A DNA stretch of 64,000 nucleotides from Rhizobiales bacterium 62-17 (GTDB lineage Bacteria; Pseudomonadota; Alphaproteobacteria; Rhizobiales; Beijerinckiaceae). Shown one piece after another: positions 20,334-30,642 of this stretch; position 1 is the stretch's first letter, and every line of letters begins with the position of its first letter. The translations under genes and the position numbers were made by a program. The DNA lies in NCBI GenBank assembly GCA_001898965.1, contig MKVW01000009.1:1776818-1840817 (forward strand), given 5' to 3'. A model generated the notes under the pieces. It saw only the letters and a program-made list of their open reading frames with translations, was not told where the DNA came from and did not search any database.

Positions 20334-21476
20334 GTGCGCCGCAGGAAGCGGGCGAGGATTCGCGAAGGGATTCGTCACGTGAGCAGTCGCTGGTCACCGC
20401 AACAGGACCAGGCCTTGAAGGATGTCGGACGCTGGCTCCAGGGCCGTGATGGCCGCCAGGTCTTTCGTCTGTTCGGCTTCGCCGGAACGGGCAAGACGAC
20501 GCTGGCCCGGCATCTCGCCGAGGGCGTCGATGGCAACGTGGTCTTTGCCGCTTTCACCGGCAAGGCGGCACTCGTCATGCGGGCGCGCGGCTGCACCGAT
20601 GCGCGCACCATTCATTCGCTGATCTATCGGCCGAAGGATGTCGACAGCGAGGAGCCGTCCTTCGTCATCAACGAGGACAGCGACGCAGCCGAGGCCAAAC
20701 TGATCATCGTCGACGAATGTTCGATGGTCGACGAAGAGCTCGGCCGCGATCTCCTGTCCTTCAACCGTCCGGTTCTGGTGCTGGGCGATCCGGCACAGTT
20801 GCCGCCGGTCAAGGGCGGCGGCTATTTCACCGAGGCCGAGCCCGACATCATGCTCACCGAGGTGCATCGTCAGGCCGCCGACAATCCGATCATCCGCCTG
20901 TCCATGCAGGTGCGCGAGGGCGAGCGCCTGTCGCCGGGGGATTATGGCGATACCCGCGTCATCCGTCGCGACGCCATCGATGCCATGGCGGTGACCAAGG
21001 CCGATCAGGTGCTGGTCGGTCTCAACCGCACTCGCCGGCTCTACAACAAGCGCATCCGCGAGCTGTTCGGCCACACCAGCACCATGCCCGAGCCTGGCGA
21101 CAAGCTTGTCTGTTTGCGCAACGATCGCACCAAGGGCCTGCTCAATGGCGGCATTTGGCGGGTGAAGACCTCGGCCGGCATCAGCCGCAAGAAGCTGCGC
21201 ATGACCGTGACGCCGGAAGACGATAGCGTGCGCAAGCCGCAGCGCATCGGTGTGGCGCCGGAATTCTTCCTGAGCGAGGATGAAGTGCCCTTCGCCATTC
21301 GCAAGGGCAGCGACGAATTCGATTTCGGCTATGCGCTCACCGTTCACAAGGCGCAGGGCTCGCAATGGGACGATGTGGTGCTGTTTGACGAGTCCTATGC
21401 CTTCAGAGAACATCGCAGCCGCTGGCTCTACACGGCCATCACCCGTGCTGCGCAACGTCTGACCGTCGTGGTGTAA
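20334..21476 (+). CDS. RecD/Dda-like SF1B DNA helicase (AAA ATPase)
   Basis: Walker A GFAGTGKTT, Walker B LIIVDECSMV, motif III VLGDPAQLPPV, motif V/VI ALTVHKAQGSQWD. The true start may be internal (around VSSRWSPQQ). Confidence 0.8.
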   Translation: MRRRKRARIREGIRHVSSRWSPQQDQALKDVGRWLQGRDGRQVFRLFGFAGTGKTTLARHLAEGVDGNVVFAAFTGKAALVMRARGCTDARTIHSLIYRPKDVDSEEPSFVINEDSDAAEAKLIIVDECSMVDEELGRDLLSFNRPVLVLGDPAQLPPVKGGGYFTEAEPDIMLTEVHRQAADNPIIRLSMQVREGERLSPGDYGDTRVIRRDAIDAMAVTKADQVLVGLNRTRRLYNKRIRELFGHTSTMPEPGDKLVCLRNDRTKGLLNGGIWRVKTSAGISRKKLRMTVTPEDDSVRKPQRIGVAPEFFLSEDEVPFAIRKGSDEFDFGYALTVHKAQGSQWDDVVLFDESYAFREHRSRWLYTAITRAAQRLTVVV

Positions 21477-21507
21477 ACGTCTCGTCCCTTTAAAGAAGGA
21501 ACAGTGA

Positions 21508-22035
21508 ATGCCGGAATGGGTGCAGGCGGTTCTCGACTTCGTGCGGCACAATCAGCAATGGGCGGCGCCCATCGTCTTTGCCCTGGCCTTTGCCGAATCC
21601 CTGGCCTTCGTTTCTCTGATCGCACCGGCGACGGTGCTGCTGTGGGGCATCGGTGGTCTCGTCGGCCTGGCGGGCCTTGCCTTCTGGCCGATCTGGTTTG
21701 CCGCCGCCATCGGCGCGGCGCTGGGTGATTGGTTGTCCTATTGGCTCGGTTTTCACTTTCATGATCGCATCGTCAAACTCTGGCCGTTGTCGCGCCATCC
21801 CGATCTGGTGAAGCGCACGCACGAGTTGTTCGAGAAATGGGGCGTTGCGGGCGTGTTCATCGGCCGCTTTTTCGGGCCATTGCGCGCGATCGTGCCGTTG
21901 ATCGCCGGCGCTGTGCGGATGCCACGCCTGCCATTTCAGATCGCCAACTGGTCGTCGGCCTTCGTCTGGGCGACGCTGACATTGACGCCCGGCATGGTCG
22001 GCATGGAATGGCTGGGCAAGTATGTCGGCAAGTGA
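21508..22035 (+). CDS. DedA family inner-membrane protein
   Basis: 175 aa; DedA/SNARE-associated motifs (FAESLAFVSLIAP...GRFFGPLRAIVPLIAG). Confidence 0.85.
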   Translation: MPEWVQAVLDFVRHNQQWAAPIVFALAFAESLAFVSLIAPATVLLWGIGGLVGLAGLAFWPIWFAAAIGAALGDWLSYWLGFHFHDRIVKLWPLSRHPDLVKRTHELFEKWGVAGVFIGRFFGPLRAIVPLIAGAVRMPRLPFQIANWSSAFVWATLTLTPGMVGMEWLGKYVGK

Positions 22036-22055
22036 TCGGCTCAAAAAGTGAGCGC

Positions 22056-23729
22056 TTAGAAGAGACCTTGCACCAGCCCGTGCGCATCGAGGTTGATATG
22101 TTCGGCCGCCGGTTCGCGCGGCAGGCCGGGCATGGTCATGATGTCACCGCAGATCGCCACGACGAAACCGGCACCGGCTGAGAGGCGCACTTCGCGCACC
22201 GGCACCATATGGCCGCTTGGCGCGCCGCGCAGAGTGGGGTCGGTCGAGAAGGAATATTGCGTCTTGGCGATGCAGACAGGCAGGCTGCCGAAGCCCATCG
22301 TTTCATAGGCTTTCAAATCGTCCGCCACCTTGCTGTCGATCACGATGTCCGCGGCGCCATAGATCTTGCGTGCAATCGTGCGGATCTTTTCAACCAAGGG
22401 CATATTGTCGGGATAAAGCGGATGAAAATCGGCGGCGCCGCTGTCGCAGAGCGCCACCACGGCGCGTGCCACCGCCTCGCTGCCGCGCGAACCCTCGGCG
22501 AAATGGGTGGCGATCTCCGCATCGACGGCCAAACGTTCCCGGCAGGCGGCAACGAGGAATTGCAGTTCGGCGTCGGTATCCGTGGCGAAGCGATTGATCG
22601 AGACGACGGGCGGCACGCCGAAGGCTCTGAGATTGGTGATGTGGCGGGCAAGATTGGCGAAGCCGCGATCGATGGCGCCGATATTCTCATGGGCGAGATC
22701 GGCGCGGGCCACGCCGCCGTGCATTTTCAGCGCCCGCACCGTGGCGACGACGACGGCGGCCGCCGGCTTCAAGCCGGCCGAGCGGCATTTGATGTCGAAA
22801 AATTTCTCTGCGCCGAGATCGGCGCCGAAGCCCGCTTCCGTCACCACGTAGTCGGCATGGCGCAACGCCGTCGTCGTCGCCATCACCGAATTGCAGCCGT
22901 GGGCGATATTGGCGAAAGGACCGCCATGCACGAAAGCCGGCGTGCCTTCGAGCGATTGCACCAGATTGGGTGCCAAGGCATCCTTGAGCAGCACGGCCAT
23001 CGCGCCAGCCGCCTTCAGGGCCGACGAGGTGATCGGTGTCCTCTCGCGCGTATAGGCGACGATCATCCGCGCCAGCCGCGCTTCAAGGTCGTGGATATTC
23101 TTGGCGAGGCAGAAGATCGCCATCACCTCCGAGGCGACGGTAATGTCAAAACCGTCTTCGCGCGGAAAGCCATTGGCGACGCCGCCGAGCGACGACACGA
23201 TCTGCCGTAAGGCGCGGTCGTTCATGTCCATCACCCGGCGCAGCACGACGCGACGCTGGTCGATGCCCAGCCCATTGCCCCAATAGATGTGATTGTCCAG
23301 CAGCGCCGCGAGCAGGTTATGCGCGGCGCCGATGGCGTGAAAGTCGCCGGTGAAATGCAGGTTGATGCTTTCCATCGGCACCACTTGGGCGAAGCCGCCG
23401 CCGGCAGCGCCGCCCTTCATGCCGAAACAAGGACCGAGCGACGGCTCGCGCAGACAGATGGCCGCCTTCTTGCCGAGGCGCGACAGACCGTCGCCAAGGC
23501 CGACAGTGGTGGTCGTTTTGCCTTCGCCAGCCGGCGTCGGCGAAATCGCGGTGACGAGCACCAGCTTGCCGAGCGGCCGCGTTTCGGTCTTGCCGAGATA
23601 ATCGAGATCGATCTTGGCGATATATTTGCCGTAGGGGTGAAGATCGGCTTCGCTGATGCGCAGTTTGGCCGCGATGTCGGCGATGGGCGCAAGCCGGGCA
23701 TCGCGTGCGATCTCGATGTCAGGCTTCAT
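22056..23729 (-). CDS. fhs: formate--tetrahydrofolate ligase
   Basis: 557 aa; [13 protein letters not shown]... with a P-loop-containing GEGKTTT motif, full-length FTHFS family. Confidence 0.95.
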   Translation of the reverse strand: MKPDIEIARDARLAPIADIAAKLRISEADLHPYGKYIAKIDLDYLGKTETRPLGKLVLVTAISPTPAGEGKTTTTVGLGDGLSRLGKKAAICLREPSLGPCFGMKGGAAGGGFAQVVPMESINLHFTGDFHAIGAAHNLLAALLDNHIYWGNGLGIDQRRVVLRRVMDMNDRALRQIVSSLGGVANGFPREDGFDITVASEVMAIFCLAKNIHDLEARLARMIVAYTRERTPITSSALKAAGAMAVLLKDALAPNLVQSLEGTPAFVHGGPFANIAHGCNSVMATTTALRHADYVVTEAGFGADLGAEKFFDIKCRSAGLKPAAAVVVATVRALKMHGGVARADLAHENIGAIDRGFANLARHITNLRAFGVPPVVSINRFATDTDAELQFLVAACRERLAVDAEIATHFAEGSRGSEAVARAVVALCDSGAADFHPLYPDNMPLVEKIRTIARKIYGAADIVIDSKVADDLKAYETMGFGSLPVCIAKTQYSFSTDPTLRGAPSGHMVPVREVRLSAGAGFVVAICGDIMTMPGLPREPAAEHINLDAHGLVQGLF

Positions 23730-23940
23730 CGCTCAGCTCCCATCATGAGAGCCAGCGAAAACGAAATCGCCGCCACCGTCAATGCGGGAAGCCCGTCGTC
23801 TTGCCCATTGTCCACGATGTGCGTTGGCGCACATCGCGGTGGGCAGGCGCTCGTTAGAACATGAGGGTCGGCGAATGGGATTGGCCCCCCTGATCCCGCC
23901 GAGAGTGTCCGGCTCGTCGACAGACCTCCGAAACCTAAGA

Positions 23941-23972
23941 CCCTTCGGTCTCCCCGGCCGAAGGGTTTTTTT
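23941..23972. terminator. intrinsic terminator hairpin between the GST gene and the fhs leader (T-tract on + strand, A-tract on - strand)
   Basis: CCCTTCGG-tctccccgg-CCGAAGGG followed by TTTTTTT. The GST stop is 3 nt away on the minus strand, so it probably ends the GST transcript (bidirectional-type). Confidence 0.55.
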
Positions 23973-23975
23973 CAT

Positions 23976-24668
23976 TCAGCCTTTGTTGCGCGGCGCCTGG
24001 CGGGCGAGGCCGCCGTTGAGATCCAGCATGCGTTCGCGCCAGGCATAGGTCGGGTCGTCGCTGTCGAGCAGTTCGATCGGGGAGGCGCTGCGCGCCCACA
24101 TGAACACGCCGAAGACGATGTAATCGGCGAAGGCGGGTTGCGAGCCGCAGAAGAATGGCTGTTGTTTGAGGACGTCGCGCACCGGCGTCAGCACGGGCTT
24201 CAGCGCCGCGCGGCCTTCTTCCGCCGACACGGCAAATTTTTCCAGCGGCATGCCAAAGCGCTGTTCGCGCGAGGTGCGGAAATATTCTTTGTCCTTCTCG
24301 GCAAGGCCGTTGAAGAGATCGAGAATGATGATCTTGAAGACCGGAATGGTCAGGCTCGTCTGCGCCCAGGAGCGTACGAAATTGGTGATACCGAGGCCTG
24401 GAATATCGATCAGGCGTGGGCGGTCCGGATAGGCGCGGTCGAGATAGAGCGCGATATCCCAGCTATCGTGGATCACCGTATCGCCGTCGCGCAGCACCGG
24501 CACCAGTTTCTGGCCGGAAAAGGCGATCTTGTCTTTTTCGGTGAAGCGCACCGGCACCATATTCACATCCAGTCCCTTGTGCGCGAGCGCCATGCGGATG
24601 CGCCAGCAATAGGGCGAGAAGCGAACGGTGTCGTCGCCGGCTGCCAGGTCGAATAATTCGCGTGCCAT
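23976..24668 (-). CDS. glutathione S-transferase family protein
   Basis: GST N-terminal thioredoxin-like fold (SPYCWRIRMALAHKGL) and C-terminal helical domain. Start chosen at MARELF (ATG 24668) because a GGAGGG RBS precedes it. Confidence 0.85.
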   Translation of the reverse strand: MARELFDLAAGDDTVRFSPYCWRIRMALAHKGLDVNMVPVRFTEKDKIAFSGQKLVPVLRDGDTVIHDSWDIALYLDRAYPDRPRLIDIPGLGITNFVRSWAQTSLTIPVFKIIILDLFNGLAEKDKEYFRTSREQRFGMPLEKFAVSAEEGRAALKPVLTPVRDVLKQQPFFCGSQPAFADYIVFGVFMWARSASPIELLDSDDPTYAWRERMLDLNGGLARQAPRNKG

Positions 24669-24764
24669 TCCATCCCTCCAAGTTGCACGCTTCATAGCAA
24701 ACGATCCGGACCGAGGAACAGTCCGGATCGTGGGATGTCAGCTATTCAAAATGTGGGCGGCAGA

Positions 24765-25637
24765 TCAGGCGCCGTTCGCCTTGAAGAAATCGAGTGCCCG
24801 TTTGAACGCCAGTTCGGCGTCGGCCTTGCGATAGCTGGGGCGATAATCGGCGTGGAAGCCGTGCGGCGCGTCGGGATAGACGTAGATGACCGACTTGCTG
24901 CCGGCTTTCTTCAATTCTTCCTGCACGGTTTCTACCTGTTCCAACGGAATACCGGCGTCCTTGCCGCCATAAGCACCAATGACGGGCACTTTGAGGTCAC
25001 CGGCGAAATCCAGCACCTGCTGGGTTTGCAGGTCGTTCTTCGGATTGGTCAGCGGGCCGTAGAAAGCCGCCGCCGCCTTCACGTTCGGATTGTTCTTGGC
25101 ATAGAGCCAGGTCTGGCGTCCGCCCCAGCAGAAACCGATCACCGCCAAACGGTCGGTATTGGCGCTGCCGCTGGCCTTGGCGAAGGCGACGCAGGCGTCG
25201 AGATCACCCTTCACCTGGGCATCCGGTACTTTCGAGACGATTTCGGCGATCAGCTTCGGTATGTCCGTATAGGTGGCGGGATTGCCTTGCCGGGCATAAA
25301 GCTCGGGCGCGATGGCATAGTAGCCGGCCTTGGCGAGGCGCCGGCAGACATCCTTGATGTGTTCGTGGACGCCGAAGACTTCCTGGATCACCAGAACGGT
25401 CGGGAAGGGGCCGCCGGAGGCGGGAAAAGCGCGATAGGCCGGGATTTCGACACCGCCGGAGGGTACTTTCACCTCGCCCGCGGTCAGGCCGTCGGCCGGT
25501 GTGGTGATGGTCTGGGCATTGAGCGGACCTGTCGCCAGGGTGAAGCCGGCAACGCAACTCGTCATGAAGACAAAGCCGCGCCGGTGAACATCGAGCGGCG
25601 TCGGCGCGGTGAGCGAAAGCTTGTGGGCGTCGTCCAT
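24765..25637 (-). CDS. dienelactone hydrolase family protein (secreted, Tat-like signal)
   Basis: 290 aa; RRGFVFM twin-arginine-like signal; DLH motifs (GFCWGG, catalytic His region YPDAPHGF). Confidence 0.85.
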   Translation of the reverse strand: MDDAHKLSLTAPTPLDVHRRGFVFMTSCVAGFTLATGPLNAQTITTPADGLTAGEVKVPSGGVEIPAYRAFPASGGPFPTVLVIQEVFGVHEHIKDVCRRLAKAGYYAIAPELYARQGNPATYTDIPKLIAEIVSKVPDAQVKGDLDACVAFAKASGSANTDRLAVIGFCWGGRQTWLYAKNNPNVKAAAAFYGPLTNPKNDLQTQQVLDFAGDLKVPVIGAYGGKDAGIPLEQVETVQEELKKAGSKSVIYVYPDAPHGFHADYRPSYRKADAELAFKRALDFFKANGA

Positions 25638-25847
25638 GGGGGTCCTCCGTGCTGCGGCAAAATCAACCCGGCCAGATTATGTGAATGGGCCAGTATTCCA
25701 ATGACATATCGATGGCTTTCGTTGCAGGAACAACACAATTTTGTGAGAGGATGACACCAGGACGGCCGGCTGATCTGTACAGCGGCGGCGCGCTCGACTA
25801 ATCATCCCGCCGACGCCCCTGCGCGGGCTGCACAGGACGGAAATGAC

Positions 25848-26855
25848 ATGACAAATCCCCTCGATAGGACGACCCGGCTGGTCACCGTTTTCGGCGGTTC
25901 GGGCTTCGTCGGGCGCCATGTCGTGCGGGCGCTGGCGCAGCGCGGCTGGCGCGTCCGGGTCGCCTGCCGGCGGCCGGACCTGGCTTTCCACCTGCAGCCG
26001 CTTGGCCGCGTCGGTCAGATCAACGCCGTTCAGGCCAATCTGCGCTATCCCGCTTCCGTGGCGGCGGCGCTCCATGGCGCCGAGGCGGCGGTCAATCTGG
26101 TGGGCATCATGCACCAGAGCGGCCGGCAGCAGTTCGATTCGGTCAATGCCTTCGGCGCCGGTGTCGTGGCGCAAGCGGTGAAAAACGCCGGCATCAAGCA
26201 ATTCGTCCATATGTCGGCGCTGGGCGCCGATGCGGAAGCGGAATCGGCCTATGCTCGCTCGAAGGCACAGGGCGAAGCGCATGTGCGCGAACTGGTGCCC
26301 CATGCGTCGATCCTGCGCCCGTCGGTGATCTTTGGGCCGGAGGATGATTTCTTCAATCGTTTCGCCGCGCTGGCGCGCATGTCGCCGGTGCTGCCGCTGA
26401 TCGGCGGCGGCGATACCAAGTTTCAGCCGGTTCATGTCGGCGACGTGGCGCAGGCTTTCGCGCGGCTGCTCGACAGCGAAGTGCCCGACGGGCGCACCTG
26501 GGAGCTCGGCGGCCCGGAAGTGAAGACCTATCGCGAACTGATGCAGACGGTGTGTACGACAATCGGGCGCAAGCGTCTGCTCGTGCCGGTGCCTTTTGCG
26601 TTGGCCAATCTCAAGGCCTTCGGCATCGAAGTCGTCAATTCGCTCAGCCTCGGTCTTTATCCCAAGACGCTCCTGTTGACGCGCGATCAGGTGAAACTAC
26701 TCAAGACCGACAATGTCGTGTCGGAAGCGGCCAAGTCAGCCGGTACGACGATCGAGGCCATGGGAATCGCCCCCGACACGATCGAGACCATCGTGCCGAG
26801 CTATCTCTATCGCTTCCGCCGCACCGGCCAGTTCGAAAACAAGATCACGGCTTGA
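25848..26855 (+). CDS. NAD(P)H-binding NDUFA9-like complex I subunit family protein (atypical SDR)
   Basis: 335 aa; VTVFGGSGFVGRHVVRAL Rossmann motif. Confidence 0.85.
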   Translation: MTNPLDRTTRLVTVFGGSGFVGRHVVRALAQRGWRVRVACRRPDLAFHLQPLGRVGQINAVQANLRYPASVAAALHGAEAAVNLVGIMHQSGRQQFDSVNAFGAGVVAQAVKNAGIKQFVHMSALGADAEAESAYARSKAQGEAHVRELVPHASILRPSVIFGPEDDFFNRFAALARMSPVLPLIGGGDTKFQPVHVGDVAQAFARLLDSEVPDGRTWELGGPEVKTYRELMQTVCTTIGRKRLLVPVPFALANLKAFGIEVVNSLSLGLYPKTLLLTRDQVKLLKTDNVVSEAAKSAGTTIEAMGIAPDTIETIVPSYLYRFRRTGQFENKITA

Positions 26856-27519
26856 TTTCGTAACCGCGCATCAGCCGTTTGTGCACCCGCACCATATAGG
26901 CCGTGCCGAACAGCGGCGTCAGTAGGTTGACGATCGGCACCGCCAGGAACATGGCGATCGGAAAGCCGCAGATGAAGAGGTAGACCGCGTGGCGGCTGCG
27001 CAGCGCGCGCACCTCTTCAAGCGGATGATAGCGCAGCGCCGCCAGCTCGAAATATTCCCGTCCCGCCAGATAAGAGTTGGCGACGAAAAAGGCGATCACA
27101 TTGACGCCGGGCACGAGCAGCAGCAGCAGCGCGCATAGATTGACCACCAGCGAGACGAGGGCGAATTTCGAGGCGAGCCAGATCGACTGGCCAGCCGGCA
27201 GGGCAATGCCGGGCGGTCCCTTGGGGTCGCTCTCCCGCTCCGCCCGTTCGGCCAATTCGTCGAGAAAGAAGCCCGCCACCAGCGATGACACCGGCGCCAC
27301 CAGAAACGCCATGCCGACGAACAGGCCGATGCCGGTGAGGACCGAAAGCAGGGTCGCCACCCACGGCCAGGGCACGGCGATATAGCCGACGATGAGATGG
27401 TCGAGCCCGTACCAGACCAATGCCAGCAGAACTAGGGTCAAGGCCAGCACCTTGGCCAGCACCCGGCGATAGGGCGGCGAAAAAATCTGCGGTAGCGCCA
27501 AAGCGGCGGCTTCGAACAT
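26845..27519 (-). CDS. membrane protein, putative EI24/CysZ-like family
   Basis: 224 aa; 4-5 TM helices; family assignment tentative. Confidence 0.5.
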   Translation of the reverse strand: MFEAAALALPQIFSPPYRRVLAKVLALTLVLLALVWYGLDHLIVGYIAVPWPWVATLLSVLTGIGLFVGMAFLVAPVSSLVAGFFLDELAERAERESDPKGPPGIALPAGQSIWLASKFALVSLVVNLCALLLLLVPGVNVIAFFVANSYLAGREYFELAALRYHPLEEVRALRSRHAVYLFICGFPIAMFLAVPIVNLLTPLFGTAYMVRVHKRLMRGYEIKP

Positions 27520-27730
27520 GGATAAATCCCTGGGGCAAATCTCTGGCGCCTCAAAATGGGGCGCCGGCCGATGGGACGCAAGGTCATGATGACGGTTTCA
27601 CAACCATGTGCGGCGATCGCCATAAATCCGACTTTGCGCCCATATTGTTTGGCGAAGAGGCCGGCTATGCTGGCAAGAGACTAGGTAAGAGACTGGGCGA
27701 GATATTGGACTTGTCCGACGATCGGGATGG

Positions 27731-29101
27731 ATGATGAGCAACGCGTTTTTCTCCGACCTCATGACCACGATTGCCGACCGTGGCCGTACTTTGTTGCGGC
27801 TGGAAAGTGCGCCCATCGATCCGCAGGCGCAGGCTCTCGATCTGGTCGGTCTGTGCGAGCAGCTTCTCTCCGGTCGCGGCGAAGCGTCCGGCACGGCGCT
27901 GGCCCGCGAAGTGCTCGATCGCTATGCGCGGCTCGACGATGCCGGTCGTGAAACCTTCTTCCTGCATCTCGCCCGCGATTTCGGTCCCGATCCGGCGCGC
28001 CTGACACCCGTCGTCGAAAAATGGGAAAAAGAGCACAGCGACGCGGCGGCAACGGATTTGCACTATGCTTCCGAGCCGCGCCGACAGGAACTGCTGCGCC
28101 GGCTCAACCGTGCCCCGGGCGGCACCGCTGCGCTGGTCGTCATGCGCGAACATCTCTTGGCATTGCGCCGCAATCCCGAAATGAAAGTGATCGACAAGGA
28201 CCTCGTTCACCTGCTGGGTTCCTGGTTCAATCGCGGCTTCCTGGTGTTGCGGCGGATCGATTGGTCGTCGACGCCCGCCAATGTGCTGGACAAGATCATC
28301 CGCTATGAAGCCGTGCATGCGATCCATGATTGGAACGACCTGCGTCGCCGCATCGATCCGATCGATCGGCGCTGCTACGCCTTCTTTCATCCGGCGATGA
28401 TCGATGAACCGCTGATTTTCGTCGAAGTGGCGCTGACCGCCGACATTCCCGGCGCGGTGCAGCCATTGCTGGCGGAACAGCGCGATATCGTCCCGCTGAA
28501 AAAGGCACGCACGGCGGTCTTCTATTCGATCTCGAACTGCCAGCAGGGCCTGGCGGGCATTTCTTTCGGCAATTTTCTCATCAAACAGGTGGTCGAGGAA
28601 TTGCGTCGCGAACTGGCGAAAATCGAGAATTTCGTCACCTTGTCGCCTGTCCCGGGCTTCATGAACTGGCTGATGAGCAAGGGGAAGGAACAATTGTCGG
28701 AGGATGATCGGCTCATCGTCGACACCCTGCACGATCTCGACTGGCCGCAGCATGGCCCCTTCAATGCCAGGGCCAAGGTCGTGCTTGAGCAACTGGCCGC
28801 CCAGTATTTCCTGGAGGAAAAGGCGGCCAACAACCGGCCGCTTGATCCCGTTGCCCGGTTTCACTTGGGCAATGGCGCCCGGCTCGAGCGGATCAACTGG
28901 TTGGGCGACCGCTCGACCAAAGGAATGCTTGAATCCGCCGGCCTGATGGTGAATTACCTCTATGATCTCGATGATATCGAGAAAAATCATGAGGCTTACG
29001 CTAATCAGGGTGAAATCGCGGCTTCCTCGGCGGTGCGGAAATTGTTGAAATCCTCATCGTCCCGGCGCTGGCTGGCGAATGTCACCTCTGCAAAAGGCTG
29101 A
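27731..29101 (+). CDS. matA: malonyl-CoA decarboxylase
   Basis: 456 aa; MCD-family N-terminal helical and C-terminal GNAT-like catalytic region; adjacent to matB as in rhizobial matAB. Confidence 0.85.
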   Translation: MMSNAFFSDLMTTIADRGRTLLRLESAPIDPQAQALDLVGLCEQLLSGRGEASGTALAREVLDRYARLDDAGRETFFLHLARDFGPDPARLTPVVEKWEKEHSDAAATDLHYASEPRRQELLRRLNRAPGGTAALVVMREHLLALRRNPEMKVIDKDLVHLLGSWFNRGFLVLRRIDWSSTPANVLDKIIRYEAVHAIHDWNDLRRRIDPIDRRCYAFFHPAMIDEPLIFVEVALTADIPGAVQPLLAEQRDIVPLKKARTAVFYSISNCQQGLAGISFGNFLIKQVVEELRRELAKIENFVTLSPVPGFMNWLMSKGKEQLSEDDRLIVDTLHDLDWPQHGPFNARAKVVLEQLAAQYFLEEKAANNRPLDPVARFHLGNGARLERINWLGDRSTKGMLESAGLMVNYLYDLDDIEKNHEAYANQGEIAASSAVRKLLKSSSSRRWLANVTSAKG

Positions 29102-29130
29102 AAGCCAGCGGAAACGAACCGGGAAGACAT

Positions 29131-30642
29131 ATGGCGTCCTATCTTTACGATCTGATCGCGCGCCGCGCGCCATCGGCTGACAAGGTTTTTCTCGAAACGC
29201 CGGAAGGCCGCAAACTGACCTATGGCGATCTTGCCTCGGGATCGGCGCGCTTTGCCCAGGCGCTCGCCAAGCTCGGCGTGGTCGCGGGCGATCGCGTCGC
29301 CGTGCAGGTCGAGAAATCGCCGGAAGCCATTCTGCTTTATCTCGCCTGCCTGCGGGCCGGCGCCGTTTTCCTGCCGCTCAACACCGCCTATACGCCGGCC
29401 GAGATCGACTATTTCCTCGGTGACGCCAAGCCGCGCGTCTTCGTCTGCGATCCGGCAAGCCGCGATAAACTCGCCGCCGTCGCTGAAAAGGCCGGCGCGC
29501 ACATCGAGACGTTGGGCGTCAAGGAAGAGGGGTCGCTGCTCGATCTCGCCCGCCAGCAGGCTGGTACGTTCACCGATGTCGAGCGCGGCAAGGATGATCT
29601 CGCCGCCATTCTCTATACGTCGGGCACGACGGGCCGCTCCAAGGGCGCCATGCTCAGCCACGACAATCTCGCCTCGAACGCGCTGACGCTGGTCGACTAT
29701 TGGCGCTTCACCAAGGATGACGTGCTCATCCATGCGCTGCCGATCTATCATACCCACGGTCTGTTCGTGGCGATGAACACGCTGCTGCTCGCTGGTGGCT
29801 CGATGTTTTTTCTGCCCAAGCTCGATGCCGAGCTGATCATGAAGCTGATGCCGCGCGCCACCTCGATGATGGGCGTGCCGACATTCTACACGCGGCTCTT
29901 GCAGCACGCGGGCCTCACCAAGGATGCGACGAAACACATGCGCCTGTTTGTCTCGGGCTCGGCGCCGCTCTTGGCTGAGACCCATCGCGAATGGCGCGAC
30001 CGCACCGGCCATGCCATTCTCGAACGCTATGGTATGACCGAAACCAATATGAACACGTCGAACCCCTATGACGGCGACCGCGTTGCTGGCACGGTGGGTT
30101 TCCCGCTGCCGGGCGTCAGCGCCCGCGTCACCGATCCCGATACCGGCGCGGCCTTGCCCCGCGGCGAGATCGGCATGATCGAGGTCAAAGGGCCCAATGT
30201 GTTCAAGGGCTATTGGCAGATGCCGGAGAAGACCAAGGCGGAATTCCGCGACGATGGCTTCTTCATCACCGGCGACCTCGGCAAGATCGACGAGAAGGGC
30301 TATGTCCATATTGTCGGCCGCGGCAAGGATCTCGTCATCACCGGCGGTTTCAACGTCTATCCGATCGAGGTCGAGACCGAGATCGATGGCATGCCCGGCG
30401 TGGTCGAAAGCGCGGTCGTCGGTTTGCCCCATGCCGATTTCGGCGAAGGCGTCACTGCGGTCGTCGTGCCGCAAAAGGGCGCCAAGCTCGACGAGAAGGA
30501 AATTATCGCGGCGCTGGAACAACGCTTGGCGAAGTTCAAACTGCCCAAGCGCGTGCTCTTCGTCGACGAACTGCCGCGCAACACCATGGGCAAAGTGCAG
30601 AAAGCGGCGCTGCGCCAGACCTATGAGAGTCTCTACAAATAG
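29131..30642 (+). CDS. matB: malonyl-CoA synthetase (AMP-forming acyl-CoA ligase)
   Basis: 503 aa; AMP-binding motif YTSGTTGRSKGA, TGD and K-loop (NTMGKVQK); MASYLYDLI start typical of MatB. Confidence 0.88.
   Translation: MASYLYDLIARRAPSADKVFLETPEGRKLTYGDLASGSARFAQALAKLGVVAGDRVAVQVEKSPEAILLYLACLRAGAVFLPLNTAYTPAEIDYFLGDAKPRVFVCDPASRDKLAAVAEKAGAHIETLGVKEEGSLLDLARQQAGTFTDVERGKDDLAAILYTSGTTGRSKGAMLSHDNLASNALTLVDYWRFTKDDVLIHALPIYHTHGLFVAMNTLLLAGGSMFFLPKLDAELIMKLMPRATSMMGVPTFYTRLLQHAGLTKDATKHMRLFVSGSAPLLAETHREWRDRTGHAILERYGMTETNMNTSNPYDGDRVAGTVGFPLPGVSARVTDPDTGAALPRGEIGMIEVKGPNVFKGYWQMPEKTKAEFRDDGFFITGDLGKIDEKGYVHIVGRGKDLVITGGFNVYPIEVETEIDGMPGVVESAVVGLPHADFGEGVTAVVVPQKGAKLDEKEIIAALEQRLAKFKLPKRVLFVDELPRNTMGKVQKAALRQTYESLYK

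Noticed and set aside
20394-21551. 385-aa minus-strand ORF covering the helicase gene
   Set aside because: It is antisense to an ORF with complete SF1 helicase motifs, and it has no motifs itself.
23730-23975. ZTP (pfl) riboswitch in the fhs leader
   Set aside because: The key consensus blocks (UGGCG, GGUGG..CCACCGGGGAGCG, CCGCCUGGGC) are not all present. It is kept only as an open candidate in the findings, not called as an ncRNA feature.
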